Assembly (NCBI GenBank): GCA_030704615.1
Contig: CM060732.1
Location: forward strand, 73,780,001 to 73,844,000
Direction: 5' to 3'
DNA length: 64,000 nucleotides
Source of the DNA: Takakia lepidozioides
Lineage: Eukaryota > Plantae > Bryophyta
The position numbers and the translations under genes are program-made. Of this stretch, positions 24,608 to 37,068 are shown piece after piece. Every line of letters starts with the position of its first letter. The stretch's first letter is position 1. Below the pieces are notes generated by a model that had not been told where the DNA came from, did no database searches, and saw nothing but the letters and a program-made list of their open reading frames with translations.

Positions 24608-24819
24608 TTATCCCATATCGATTGCCGAAAACATGGTGACCGGGGGATATATATACGTACATCCAAATCCGACTTCGGATGAACCTCGTCGAAACTTTGA
24701 ACACATATGACAACCACAGTCACGTGTGGCGTCGCTTTGTGTTCAGAGAACGTAATGTTTCCCACGAGGGAACTATATACTCGCTGGTGCTCCAAATAAC
24801 GGCAATCAGTATGGGATAA
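24608..24819. other. 212-bp imperfect palindrome with a USE-like box and a TATA box on each arm
   Basis: TTATCCCATATCGATTGCCG (24608-24627) vs reverse complement TTATCCCATACTGATTGCCG (24800-24819) match at 18/20. TATATA starts 28 nt after each ATCCCATA(TC/CT)G. Central stem CTTTGAACACA / TGTGTTCAGAG. Confidence 0.7.
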
Positions 24820-24825
24820 TTTTTT
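24677..24825 (+). ncRNA. Candidate orphan Pol III (type-3 promoter) structured RNA, ~148 nt
   Basis: ATCCCATATCG (24610-24620) matches the plant USE RTCCCACATCG at 10/11. TATA at 24648, G at the U6-like +1 distance (24677), first T>=4 run is T6 at 24820-24825, and a long stem spans 24684-24769. I do not recognise it as any known snRNA or snoRNA. Confidence 0.35.
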
Positions 24826-25099
24826 GTTGGGAGCAATATTATTTCCCCCCCTGGAAATCGCTGCGCTCTGTTTTGAGGGTTAGGCTTGACGACTGATCCA
24901 TTCTTTTCTGGGGAGGATGAGTGATCGTATCGTGATCAGAGTTGGCTGACCTTGAGGTTGAGAGGGCTGGAAGGAATTTAGAGTTTGGTGGATCTCGCAC
25001 AATTAAAGCTACCTGCCTGGCAATCGAATCAATTTTTTTGCAATGCCGTGTCGGATGCGGTAGATTCATATTGTCTTGAAATTCTACTAGGGGTTCAAG

Positions 25100-28000
25100 A
25101 TGCGGTGGGTGCAATCTGGGCGTGGCGACTTCAAGGGCGATCCCCCATCCCTCCGCAGGTTTCTCTCTGTTCCTTTCTCTCAGATAGAGCTGGTTTCGAT
25201 CGGGAGGTTTCAATTCTGGAGCTGGATTAACTCGGCAGTCACATGGATTGCACTGTGCATGGAGTAGTTTGCAGGCACATGTAGAGTGGTAGTTATTGGT
25301 AAAATCGCTTAAAGGAGCGTAAAATTCCGTATCGCACAATCTTTCGACCACGTCTTCAGTTGGCTTGATGAATCTTGAGCACACTCATCATTCATCATGT
25401 CATTTACTGAATTAAGCTCTTATATGGGAGATAGAGCCATACCAGTGACTATGTGGAGATGATTGGCATGGGAATCCTATGAAAGAAGGGATGTCGAGGT
25501 CCGAGATTGGATGCTGGAATTGCTCATGCACCTATTGCATTTGGTTTGGTTGGCTTTTTTCGAGGCACTTTGGAGATGTACTCTAAGTAGAAATTGACCC
25601 GAAACTTATGTAAGGATTATCATATGGTGCATGTGGAGAAACTAAACATCAGGGATGGTTGGTGGGTGGAGTTGTGTCTGCAATGTAATAAAGTTGAGTC
25701 TGAATGGAGGTTTTGGCCTTTGCTCATGCACATGTCACTGATATTGGGACCTTAGCTTACCCATCAGGCACTCTTGAAGTATATTCCGTGGGTTACTGCT
25801 CAGACACATTAAGGTGTAATATATACGCCATGCTGGTCGTGCGCAGTGGGCACTCTGCAGTTCGTGTCAGTGGAGCACGTGTGGTGGTGTTCGGAGGGCT
25901 TGTCGACAAGAAATTCCTACAGGATCTGACTGTTCTAGACATTGGTAAGTGGTCCAAATGCTTGTTCTTAAATTAAACCTGAAGTGCAGCATACAATTGC
26001 AAGGTAGGGTAAATATTTCCGCTTATATTCACTTCCATATGGGGAGTTCACAGGTGGGAATTACAATTTCAAAATACTTGGGGATGAATCCCAGAGGTCA
26101 GCCTGCTACAGAAGTGTTGAAGTTATGTTGATAACAAAATGGACAGCAGAGAGAGGGCAGAGAGATTGGGGATTTCAAAAGTTGGATTTATCCTAACCAT
26201 ATTTGTTATGCAGACCTGAGATGACGCCCTCTGATGTATCGACAAAATCAATAATTTCAATCTGTAATGCAAAAATTGTCAAAGAGGGCTGGCCATGACT
26301 GGAAGGTGGTGATGGGTTGCAGAAACTAGAGTTTGGTTTCAGCCTGAGTGTACAGGCAGTGCCGATGGCGAGATTGTGGGTCCCAGCCCACGTGCCTTTC
26401 ATGTGGCTGTGGCCATTGATTGCAACATGTTCATTTTTGGTGGGCGTTCTGGCCGTAAGAGGTCTGCTTCTAACTAGACCCCGTTGCTCTTGCCTTCTAA
26501 TGTTTCACCTAAGACAATGATGATTTGTTTTGATTGTGGTCTCTTTGCATGAGGACTTGAGAACGGAAGCTTTAGCATCCTATGCTCAATTATCCAAGCT
26601 CGTTTTAGCAGATGCCCTGATTGGTAGCCATGTTGCTGTGAATTCGTGGTGTGAACCTCAAGCAATTTGTACATAAAAAGGTATCAACTTCAGCTCAAAG
26701 TTGCAATAGCACAAGCCAATTGGGGTTTCTTTTGTTTGGATGGTGGTATGTATGACCATTCTCCCCTGCCATGTCTGCAGTGGGTGTGTTTCTCTTCCTG
26801 TTGATTCCTGGAAGGGTTGGCATTGCTAGCTGTGACACACCCTTCTGGGCACTGTCCCTGCTCAATATTGACCCTGTTGAAGTTCATTGTAGGATTTCTA
26901 CCTATCAGAGTAAGAGAATCTGCTCACATATTGCACTGCCAGGTCACTTGTATCTGGAAAAGGGCACAGTGAGAGGAGAAGGAGAAAATGCATTACATCC
27001 AATAGGAGGCCCAAACAGCCTTTGATACCATAGAGCTCACATGGAAAAGTTTACAGAGAGAGAAGGGGGCTGGGAAGAGAATGTCTGTAGATTAGGGTTT
27101 GGACAACAAATGGAGAGGAGGGTTATGGAGAAAGAGAAATGGATATCTGTAAAGTCTGTTTTAAGAGCATATTAGCCGAGCTTCAACCACTACTGTCCTG
27201 CTTTATCAAGTTTTGAAGAGGTACTGAAACCTTTTCTTTTTTGGCTATGGCGGGGACAGGTTGGGAGACTTTTGGATGCTGGATACTGGTGAGTGCAGTC
27301 AGAAGGTCATGGTATGCACTGGAAGTTGCCATGATAGTAATGGATGTGTGCTTGCTTGTCATGTGTTGGAATCTTCAGGGACTTGTATCTATGGCAGGGT
27401 CTAGCAGTTTGAAGCTTTTAATTATTTGAAAGTGGGGTGGGTAATTTTTTCCTTTTGATGCTATATTATGCAGCAGTTTGGTAGGTGGGCATCAGATGCT
27501 GGAGGTTCCACTGGCCTCTAGTCTGCGTGAGATGACCTTAACTAGTCGTTTTTCACATCAGCCTTGTGAGCAGTTTACCCCGCAGTTGCAAAAGAGAAGT
27601 AAACCTTGCCATTGAGTTGGAGAAAAGACTGGATTAGGCATAGGGCCCACAACCATTGTGGGGGACCCTCTTGGAAGGAATTTGATTAATGAATGGTTTC
27701 AGAGAAATTATCAAGGGTCAACATGAGGATAGAGATTCCTGAACCTACTTTTGCATGTTTTCAGACACGTGGCAGTGGGCAGAGTTGACTGGCTATGGTG
27801 ATCTCCCTCCATCACGCGACTTTGCAGCTGGGGCATCTGTTGGTAATGGCAAACTGGTGATGTGAGTCCTGAAGACCAGTCTCTCCCTCTCTCTCTCTAT
27901 CACACACCAACTCCCCCTGCCCACTAGGTAGCCTACTACATGGATGAACTTGACATGGGAGTAGATAAATGTCTCTGTGACCAAATGCTGGCCTTGTGAC

Positions 28001-31000
28001 TCCTTGTCTATGTCTGTCTGACCTGAGGCTGTTTGCGTCAGGTAAAATAGTGAATTGGAGAGAATGGGTCTCTCCTTTGGAATATGTCTACATGGGGCCT
28101 TGCAGATTATAATCTACACTTTTCTGAACAAGAGGCCTCCTTTGAAAGTATCAAACCGACAGTCACTACACGCCTCTTGGCTTACAATATTGTCTTCCTC
28201 TGAGTTCTGTGCTAAATTGATGCAGTGGCAGAGCTCTCTTAAAATCTGGGAGGGGAGACAACTTTTTTCTTAAAATTTTACGTTTCAGTGTTGGAGCAAG
28301 TCATCACTTGTGGTAGTGGGCCCCATCCTGCCCTCCTATCCCCCTCCCCACTCCCATAGGCTTTTTGGCTCTGTCCAAACTTGGCATGAGGTCTATGACC
28401 ACAACGCTGTGGCAAGCCAAATCTTACGGGCCTGTCCAATCCGTGTGAGTTTGTTTTTTCTGCTATGCTCAGGGTTTAACCTTGTTGAACCTCTATATAA
28501 ACCCATTCCAGTTTGATTGGGTTGGCTGCAGATATGGAGGATGGGATGGTTCAAAGTGGCTGTCTGACGTGTATGTGCTTGATACAAGTATGTATGTTGG
28601 CCACCATCAAGCTGCTTGCTGTACTCTTAAGTCCAACTGGAGCATGTATGAATCGGGATTATACATTTAACTTGATTTCCTGCTATGGAAACCACCTAAT
28701 GATGGGTTTCTTGGTCCTGGCGTTTCTTGGCAACATGTTGGGATACTGGTGGCCATTACTAGGGGTTTCTAATTGAGACATGCCTGCAATCCTTCGAGCC
28801 ATGTTTCTTTGTGGTATCAATGAACCTATTGGTTCTGAGGGCCTGTTATCTGATAGGTGAACAATAAGGATGTGCATTAGTGCAGTGTCATTGGAATGGA
28901 GAGAGTTACCAATTACGGGGCCGTCACCAGCGCCGCGGTGTGGTCATAGTGCTACAATGGTGGAGAAGCGCATGCTTATATTTGGTGGCAGAGGTCTACT
29001 CTCCCTCGCTCTCTCTTACTTTCTTGCAAACAACATCTTATGAGTACATCTCTCACTTTCTTGCAAATGTTTTTCACTGAGTACTTAAAAAAGAAAGGTG
29101 AACTCCCTGCCAAAGCAAGCATAAACTATGGTGTCTCTTCATCCCAAGGGGCTCCTGCTTTCCGTTGGGAATCTGGACAGAGTAGTACAATGAGTTTTTT
29201 CTTTTTGCTTTTGGGGTTGGAGGGGGCTAGAGCCCATAGTTAGTTGATGACAGAAGCGTGATTGCAGTAATGTTCCGAATTAGTCTGAAACCAAAGGTGA
29301 ACATATGAAGGTGGCTGCATAACCACCTGCAGAATGGGGCCAGGGCGACCTGCAAGAAATAGAATTGGCGCAAGCCTCCTTATGGGAAGGGCAGGCCCAG
29401 ATGTCAAGGAGCAATGGCCAATCAACAACCTATGACAAGGCCAACGGGGAACCCCACCTGGGGATGCACTCATGCCATGTCTCCATTGACTGGACCGCGT
29501 CCTGGGCCAGTCCGTGGTTCCTCTTGGTGATTGCAAGCAAGTAACATGTCTGCATTCACCTGCCATGGAGCCCACGAGTAAAACTTCAATGGCCAGTAGC
29601 CAGTCTCTGTGCTTTGAACCCGTGATGACCAGTTGCCGTGCTTGCTGGGGTTACCCACTCCTCCAGCCCCATCTCACTGGAGGGGCACCTTTCAATGGGG
29701 ACACTCCCTAAGGGCCAACCCTGACCAAGCCCGCAAAGCTACAAGTTGAATTGCCAATGAACCTTAAGTGTATAAGACATGACCTCAATGGATTCCGGAA
29801 ATCTTTCTAGATCCCAGCTGCCATGGACAGCCTCATTTTTGCGTGTCTGTCTCTCCCTATCTTTATGTGCTCCTCCCTTATTCAGTGTACAAAGAAGGGA
29901 CATACGCCATCAAACAGGATGCAGGAACAAACACTGTTAAGATTTTCAGCCATAGTACTAGTAGTGTACGTCTCAATGAGGAGCATTTGGTGCAATTTTA
30001 CAGTCATAAAGGCTGAAACCAATTTTGAGCTGTGCTCGATGATGTGTGCCTGGCTTCTGCTGCCGAATGGGATATCGCTCTAACACTCTGGAGCAAACCG
30101 CCAGGGTCAGGTTTTCTGCAAGATTCCTACCTGTCACCTCCAGCCTATACGGACGTAAGGATGTTACTCCTTGCTTGGATACCAGGCGAATTTCTGCTCA
30201 CATTAGGAAATACCAGTTTAGAGGTTGACACTATTGAGCGGGGTGACAGTCGTGTATCGGGCAATCAGGGAAGCTCTTTCAACTAAACTGGAGTGTAATG
30301 AAAGTCTTCCCACAAGTGTGATAACCGAAGATTGGATGACGAGAGTATGATAGCTGTCCATGATTGGTTCGTGCGAAAGTGACTGAATGATAAGTTGCAA
30401 GAAAGATTCTCATGCACGTTCGCTGTTTGAATCAAAGTTGCTGCACATGACATGTATTATTTTCCAACTTGATCTATGCCTGGTCAAGAACCATGAGGTG
30501 GATACGAAACTTTCTCATTTAATGAGGATTATTATCCTCTATTCTGCTATTTCTGTTCAGGGGTTGCAAATGGTTTTGTTTTATGTATTTGAGTTAGATG
30601 ACAAAATAAAAGCGCCCACATGTGAGCTATCCAAAGGTGGAACCTGAAGGTTGGAAACAAGTGAGAGACCACACCAGTCCGAGCTAACTGTGGCAACATG
30701 TTTGATCAAGTTCCTGTTGTGGTTCGCATGTGCAGGAGGGGGAGGCCCCATCATGGGGGATCTCTGGGCACTGAAGGGCCTATTTGATGAAGGTGAGTGG
30801 TGAGCCTCGTTTCTGACTAGTAGTAAGCTTGTACTGCAAACTGTGAGCTGTGATTGCCTTTGGGTCTTAGGGTTAGCATAATTAAGTCCATGCTTGCCTG
30901 TTACCACAAAAGGCATTCAAGCTTGTTGCTTGTTTTCTCACTCAGTGTTGAGTCCACTCTGTCCAAATTTGTTTTTTGTCTGTTGATCTCCTTGTAGCTT

Positions 31001-34000
31001 TAGAGGCTGTATTGTGTAGTCCAGGACATGCTTGTGACTCGGAAAGTTTCTCCAGTGGTCGTAAAGAAGGTGGGCAGTTAGTGACATTTATATTGACGTG
31101 ATACTGGCATATATTCCAGAGAAGGGGGAAAAGGATGAGTGGAAATTGTTGTGGTGATTCCCGTGCCTAGAGTTGAGCAAGCATCCAAAAGAGAGCAGTT
31201 TTATGCACTGGTTTATGAGCACATTTTTTACTTTATCTATTCCTTTGCATTCTGTAAGGAAGAAAGGGAGCCTCCAGCTTGGACACAGCTAAAGCTTCCA
31301 GGTTCTGCCCCGGCCCCTCGTTGTGGGCACTCTACCACATCTGGTGGACCTCAGGTCCGAAACTCCCTTTACCCAAAGAACCAGTGGATTCATGGGTTTC
31401 CGCCCTTAGCACCTTGGTTTGTCTATGGGATGTTATATTGCATGCGTATTTTAGTAGTGGTTTGACTTAGTACTGTGATTTGACACTAGCACTAAGGTTC
31501 TTTCTGCTTGTGCTGATGGATTTATTCCTATCTGCCTTTTGGTGAAGCGCATCAATTTGAGTTTTATTGAAGAGCATGTTGCTTGCATTCAGGCACAGTC
31601 ATCACTTAGCAACATGCTGCAGACTCGGATGTTGTTGCAAGTTCTAACAACTGTGTCACAACTAAGCAAGTAATTACATGTGGACAGTGGTTGATTAACT
31701 AACAAATAAAAGTTAAACATCGACGGCAAGCATAAATTATGGTGTCACGAAGGGCTATTGCTTTCCATTTGGAAGTTTATAACTGGGGCAATGCAGTTGC
31801 CCAAACTTTCCTCAAGGACTTGAAAGTCCACATGTACTCACACATTAGGTGACCGGTGGACCCAACGACCCTTTTTTATAGCTGGGTTGGCTATAATGGG
31901 TGACATCCAACATAAACCGATTTGGCTTTGAACCCACGACTGCTTGTAAGCCGGCCTTGTGGCCTAATCACCGGGCCATCTGTTGGATGCTTGATGATGT
32001 AAATGGAGTAAGTTTGTGTTATCATTTGTTTATGAAAGAGAATCTTCTATTGACTGGCCAGAAGCACAACATTGACATTTCTCATTCCACATGCTTTGCT
32101 AGGGGCAGTTTACAACAACAACAAGAGAGAAATGAAACGAGTCAGAGTAGAATATGGCAACCATTAATGGTGATCACATGTGTTTGTCGTGCAGTTGTTG
32201 ATATTTGGAGGCCATGGAACAGGTGGCTGGCTGACACGCTATGATATCTATCACAATGATTGTATCATTCTTGATCGGGGTGGGATTTCCTTGTCATTTC
32301 CTTTAGAATGGCTTGATTATTGTGTGTTGGCAGTAGCCATTTTTTCCAGTGCGATATGTTGGATGTCGAAAGAAAATTTTAGGTCAGTATGTTTCTGCAT
32401 GTTTTCCTAAGAAAGCCTCATCTGGCAATTGCTGTTTCCTTTTCTTAATTGTTACTGAGAATCATGATTTTGACTGTTTCTTTGGATCATCGAAATCAGT
32501 TATGATGAATGTAAGCATTAAGTGTCTACTGTAGTGCAGGTCATGTTGTTATGTCCATTGCATTATGTTTCTCCCTGGATGATTGAATAAGGAGGTGTAT
32601 GCAGCATCGGTTCAATGGAAGAGACTGCCAGTAAGCAATGAACCGCCCCCTCCTCGTGCTTATCACACTATGACGCGCATTGGCCCCCGCTTCTTGTTGA
32701 TTGGAGGCTACGATGGCAAGTCTACCTTTGGTGACATCTGGTGGCTTGTGTCTGAAGGTATCTCTTTCTCTCCATCATCTTGCAGGGCTTTATTTGGGCA
32801 CAAACAAGCAGGCTAGTGTGTTGTAGAAGACCAAGATTTAGGAAGTTCCTGTTTTGTGCTGTACCTCTAAAACTGCAAAAGCTGATTGCTTTTTGTGACA
32901 CATGTATCTACAGGATCAGTCATAGATGAAGTTGATGTATCTTCAACCTACTGAAATGGAGGGTGTTATGTTCCAATGTTTACTTTCAGATTGACAGACG
33001 GGCATGAATTAGCTGTTTATGGTTTGTCCATATAACCTGTGGTCTGGCCTTGGAATGTCTTTCACATCTGATGCACCTCCTTATGTATGCATCATGTGCT
33101 CCTTAATGTAGATGACCCAATTGCAAAGCGAGCCCTGTTGTCTCCAAACAACAGTTTTTCAGCTACTTCCCCCTCAGCCCTTCAGTCTCCAGCTGCCTTA
33201 GCCCGCTTATCTTCAATTGACAGTAAGGTACATTCTTCTCGCTGCTAAGTTCAGAGGGAGAGAGGTGGAGGAAGAGAGGAAAGAAAATTGGTGAGGGGAG
33301 ATGCAGGAGCTGCTTTAAAGTCAACGTCATGATAATAATATGACACACTGGCTTACATGTAGGCATGACATACAAACTCTGATGGATTTGGATCTTGATT
33401 TGACCATCCTTCTCCATCCCAGATTTCAGATTATTGATTTAGTACATGCCAGCCCTTGGTTGATAGACTTTGTGGTGATGGCATTTCTGTTAGATGTTTT
33501 TCTGCTTCCATAAGTCAATCATGACTTAGCATATTATCCCAATCTACTGAGCTTTTGTGCCTTGGTTGCTTGTATTCGTTGCTAGAGTAGGGGCCAGGGC
33601 CCCACATCACCCTTAAATGACCTGCGGCAGCGTCTTGGATTGCCCCTTGTGGCTGTTGCTCCAACTTTGTCAAGTTTGATGTCTGTCAATGATGTCGATG
33701 ACAAGGACCTTTTTTCCTTGGGCCAAGCATTGATATCCGAGCAGGGCCGTTCTGCTTCTAGCAGCACAGCCACAGTCCTGGAGGTGGGTTTGGATTTACA
33801 GTCCTATGTTTTTGCATAGTTTCATATGGTGTTGAGCAATATTGTCTTTCCTTGTTGTGATCACAGAAGTGTGTTACTTGCTGTCTGGTCCTGTTATTTG
33901 CTGATATCCTGCTGTTTTGGGACAGTACATTTTGCGTTTCCATATCTACCAAAGCTTCGTGTAACTAGAATTCATAAATCTAGCGTATTTCTGTTGCATA

Positions 34001-35122
34001 TGTTAATTCAACATTGGTAAATCCAGGTAGTGCGAGAGCATTGGAAGCAATGTGATGCTCACTCAATCCAACTGCATGAACTGGGTCCCCTGCTGCGTGA
34101 TTACCGCCGTCTCCTTGCTACAGGACAAAGGTAGTTTATGTATGCCAAGCATCTGGTATGGCACGTCCATGTTAGGTTGAGAGATACCCTCTTTGGAAGA
34201 GAAGAGGAATGCAGCAGAATTCCTCTATGATACATAGGATGCAAAATTAGCAGTTCTCAGGGCATTGGAATGGGTATGATAGTTTCTCGGAACCAATTTG
34301 TAATTTCTGGGCTGTCTATTTTCGGATGCAGAAAAGGGGTACTCGAGTCAATGGCCCTACATGGTGAAGCTAGTGTTCCTAAGCTGCATATTTACCGTTT
34401 CTACCATCTAAAGGATTCTAGCCAGGTAAATTCCAACATACCATGTCTGTCTGAGTTGGAGGTCTGTAACTGCCTTACTCAAGCTTTGGTTTCAAATGCA
34501 GTCACAACTAGTGGTCATTGCTATGATGCTACTAGGAGTGCAAATAGAAGAAGACTTTTGTTGTTTTCTGGGGGTTGAAGGCGGTGCTTCCTTTGGTAGC
34601 CCAAGCTGGTTAACCTTCAGCTCACAAATAAAAGGCTTGGTTGCAATGTTGGCTTTCAAAGGGAGACGAATGTATGTGCACAGCTAATAATGGCCTTGAC
34701 ATAACTGAGTGCTGGAGGGGGTTAGAACACTTTGCCAGTAACCTTATTTAGTAAACTACCGGTACCGGCATAGAAAGATTCTGAATCCTAGAACATTTGT
34801 TGCCTTCAGCCTTCTTGTGTGTCCATATACGGCTTTGACTACAGCTAGAGCTATGATTGGTGGTTTAGCATCTGATTGCTGGCTGATCAAAGGTTATCAT
34901 TAAGATATCTATGTATGTCAGGTAGTTGAGTTGAGTTGGTTTTTAGGGTAAAGAAAGGCTAGCCCAACAAGACAAGGCAGAACTTGGGACAATTTTGGGT
35001 GCTTTTTAAAAGTTTGGCTTGTCACACAGATTCGCATGGATGACATTCCATCACTACTGACAGAGTACAAGCAATTGCTACACCACCATGCCAGCTTGGA
35101 AGATGCCAGCAAGGGTGCCTAG
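25100..35122 (+). CDS. Kelch-repeat (galactose oxidase/kelch) protein, At2g36360-like; 16 exons, ~525 aa
   Basis: Exons 25100-25158, 25847-25944, 26323-26461, 27260-27288, 27765-27861, 28532-28587, 28886-28993, 30736-30792, 31263-31354, 32195-32279, 32605-32757, 33112-33227, 33586-33783, 34027-34130, 34332-34425, 35030-35122 give one frame of 1578 nt. Motifs: [62 protein letters not shown]. Confidence 0.9.
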
Positions 35123-37068
35123 AGTGAGCATGCAAAACTCTGGTGGTTGCTTTCGTACTGGTCCACAGTACATCTTGAAAGAGGAGGCTAAGAGGGATTT
35201 TTACAGATAAGCATGTAATGGCTGTTTTGTTCCTCCATCTTTGCATATATGCGTATCCCCTGCTTTGTCTCATCATCTTCCGCGAATTCCATGTTTTCTG
35301 CTTTTCTGATGAAGAGTACTTTAATTGATCTGAAAGAAGGTGCAAGTGATTCTACACTACATTTATTTGTCCTACATGAGTTGGCGGTGAGGATAGGACT
35401 CTGCTGCAGAGTCATAATTTCAAGGTAATCTTCAAGGTAATTGTGATACTTTAGTATCCTTCAGGTCTGGGAACTTCCCCTAAGATAGTTGGCTCTGTGG
35501 CACACCCCGAACAAGGGGCAGCCTATGAGGGGACAAGGCCGATGGCTTCAGCTGGAGTCTTCTCCCTCTCTTGCCCCTGTGACCATCAGCCAGGTAATGC
35601 TCTTGAAACTGTGGCGAGAAGGTGGAATGACATGTTACCAAAGGTTGATACAAAGTGCCTATGTGAACTATAAGTTCTGAATCCTATGATGTAAACAGCA
35701 TAATCTCTGATCTCTACTTTATACACTTTTGAGTACCTAAGAAAAACCTGCATGTTTTTGGATGTCAATGATTTCATCACACATACCTAAGCCCTAACTT
35801 ATGGGACTCTGAAGAACTATCATTTGTTGCCTGGTGTCTTTCGTTTTTAGCTTAGGTCAGATTACTGAACACAAACCCTAACACACTTGCCTGCTCCACC
35901 TTACATGGTCAAGGGTTTTCTCAACTACCGCCAAAACCTTCAACTGGAGGTGGCAGGAATGTGAAAGACTTTTAGGGAAGGGCTATAGATGGTAATGCCT
36001 TACCTCGGAGAGGCATTGTGCTTTAATAGGCGTAAACAAATCGTGTTGGTAGTCAAAAGAATAAAGGTTACCTTTGTTTGTTTCGCGCACTCATAGTACA
36101 TTACATTTTCACCTAATTGGCACACCCTTCATGCATTTTCCCTAACCCCTGGAGGTGTGATGGAACAAGTGACTGACCATTCTGGTTCAAAGTTACAAAA
36201 CTCCATGGGGGTTGTCGCCCTGTCTCTCTCGGTCTCTCTCTTCATGCCTAAGTTGTGGTATGAGATTCATCAATTTTCCAGCACACATGCAGCAACTGTC
36301 AGCTCATGACATTAGAGACTAGGCTAGCAATCCAAGCAAAACCGGGAGCAGCCCCAAAGATCAATGCTTCAAATTTGAACTTAATGCAAATCTTGGTTAA
36401 CAGCGAAAATGGTAGTGGGACAACCTGACGGTGTGGAGCATCTGGCTTTCCAAAATATTCCATAGGGAGTGAATTCGCACTTCGAAGCGAATTCAAGACA
36501 AGGCAAGCTGCAGCATTTGCAGAGCAGGGTTTGCAGCCATGAGCCCTCCTTCAGAAGGAAGACACTTGATGTAGTTGGCCTTCATTTGTTCCATATGAGC
36601 CCCAAATCACATTCCAGTTTTCTGCATTGAGGTCATAGCCGGACCATTTGCTGTCACATTTTGCTTGTAGATGCAAACAGACTCGAATTCTGTCGGTTTT
36701 TTCGGCGGAGTAATGGAGAAAGAAACTCGCGAGTCACTGAAGATCCAAGACCATTCTGCAGGATCAATCTGAAGACCCATCAATGGGAGCCCTTCAACCA
36801 AATGAAGGAGTGATTGTAGAGCCATCATTTTACTCTTGAGTCCTTGATCAGAAAGGGTTCCAGAAAGATTTGCTAGGGTATGTTCGTATGTTCAAGCACT
36901 TACCCTTAAGGTGAAACCGGGTAAAAAGTATAGCCTCACAACACTGGGTTTCTTACACAGAGTAAACCCCAGTGGTTTAGGGCACTGCCTCATCTTCCCC
37001 TGCAAGCCCTAAAACTCTCTCTCTCGCTCTCAGTCCTGTGCATCGGCTGGGAGGCAGATTCGGCAGCG

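Noticed and set aside
24677-24690. 7SK homology suggested by the 5' GGAUG
   Set aside because: Five nucleotides only; no complementary 3' CAUCC and no GAUC motifs in the predicted RNA.
24839-25384. 181-aa minus-strand ORF
   Set aside because: Antisense to kelch exon 1 and its 5' region, with no recognisable motif.
30040-30390. Intronic C/D snoRNA or scaRNA in kelch intron 7 (ATGATG...CTGA)
   Set aside because: The C box is imperfect, there is no terminal stem, and I could identify no antisense element to rRNA or snRNA.
35873-35881. Telomerase-RNA template or telo-box (AAACCCTAA)
   Set aside because: Single 9-mer with no USE/TATA upstream, ~1.2 kb from the eIF3c start.
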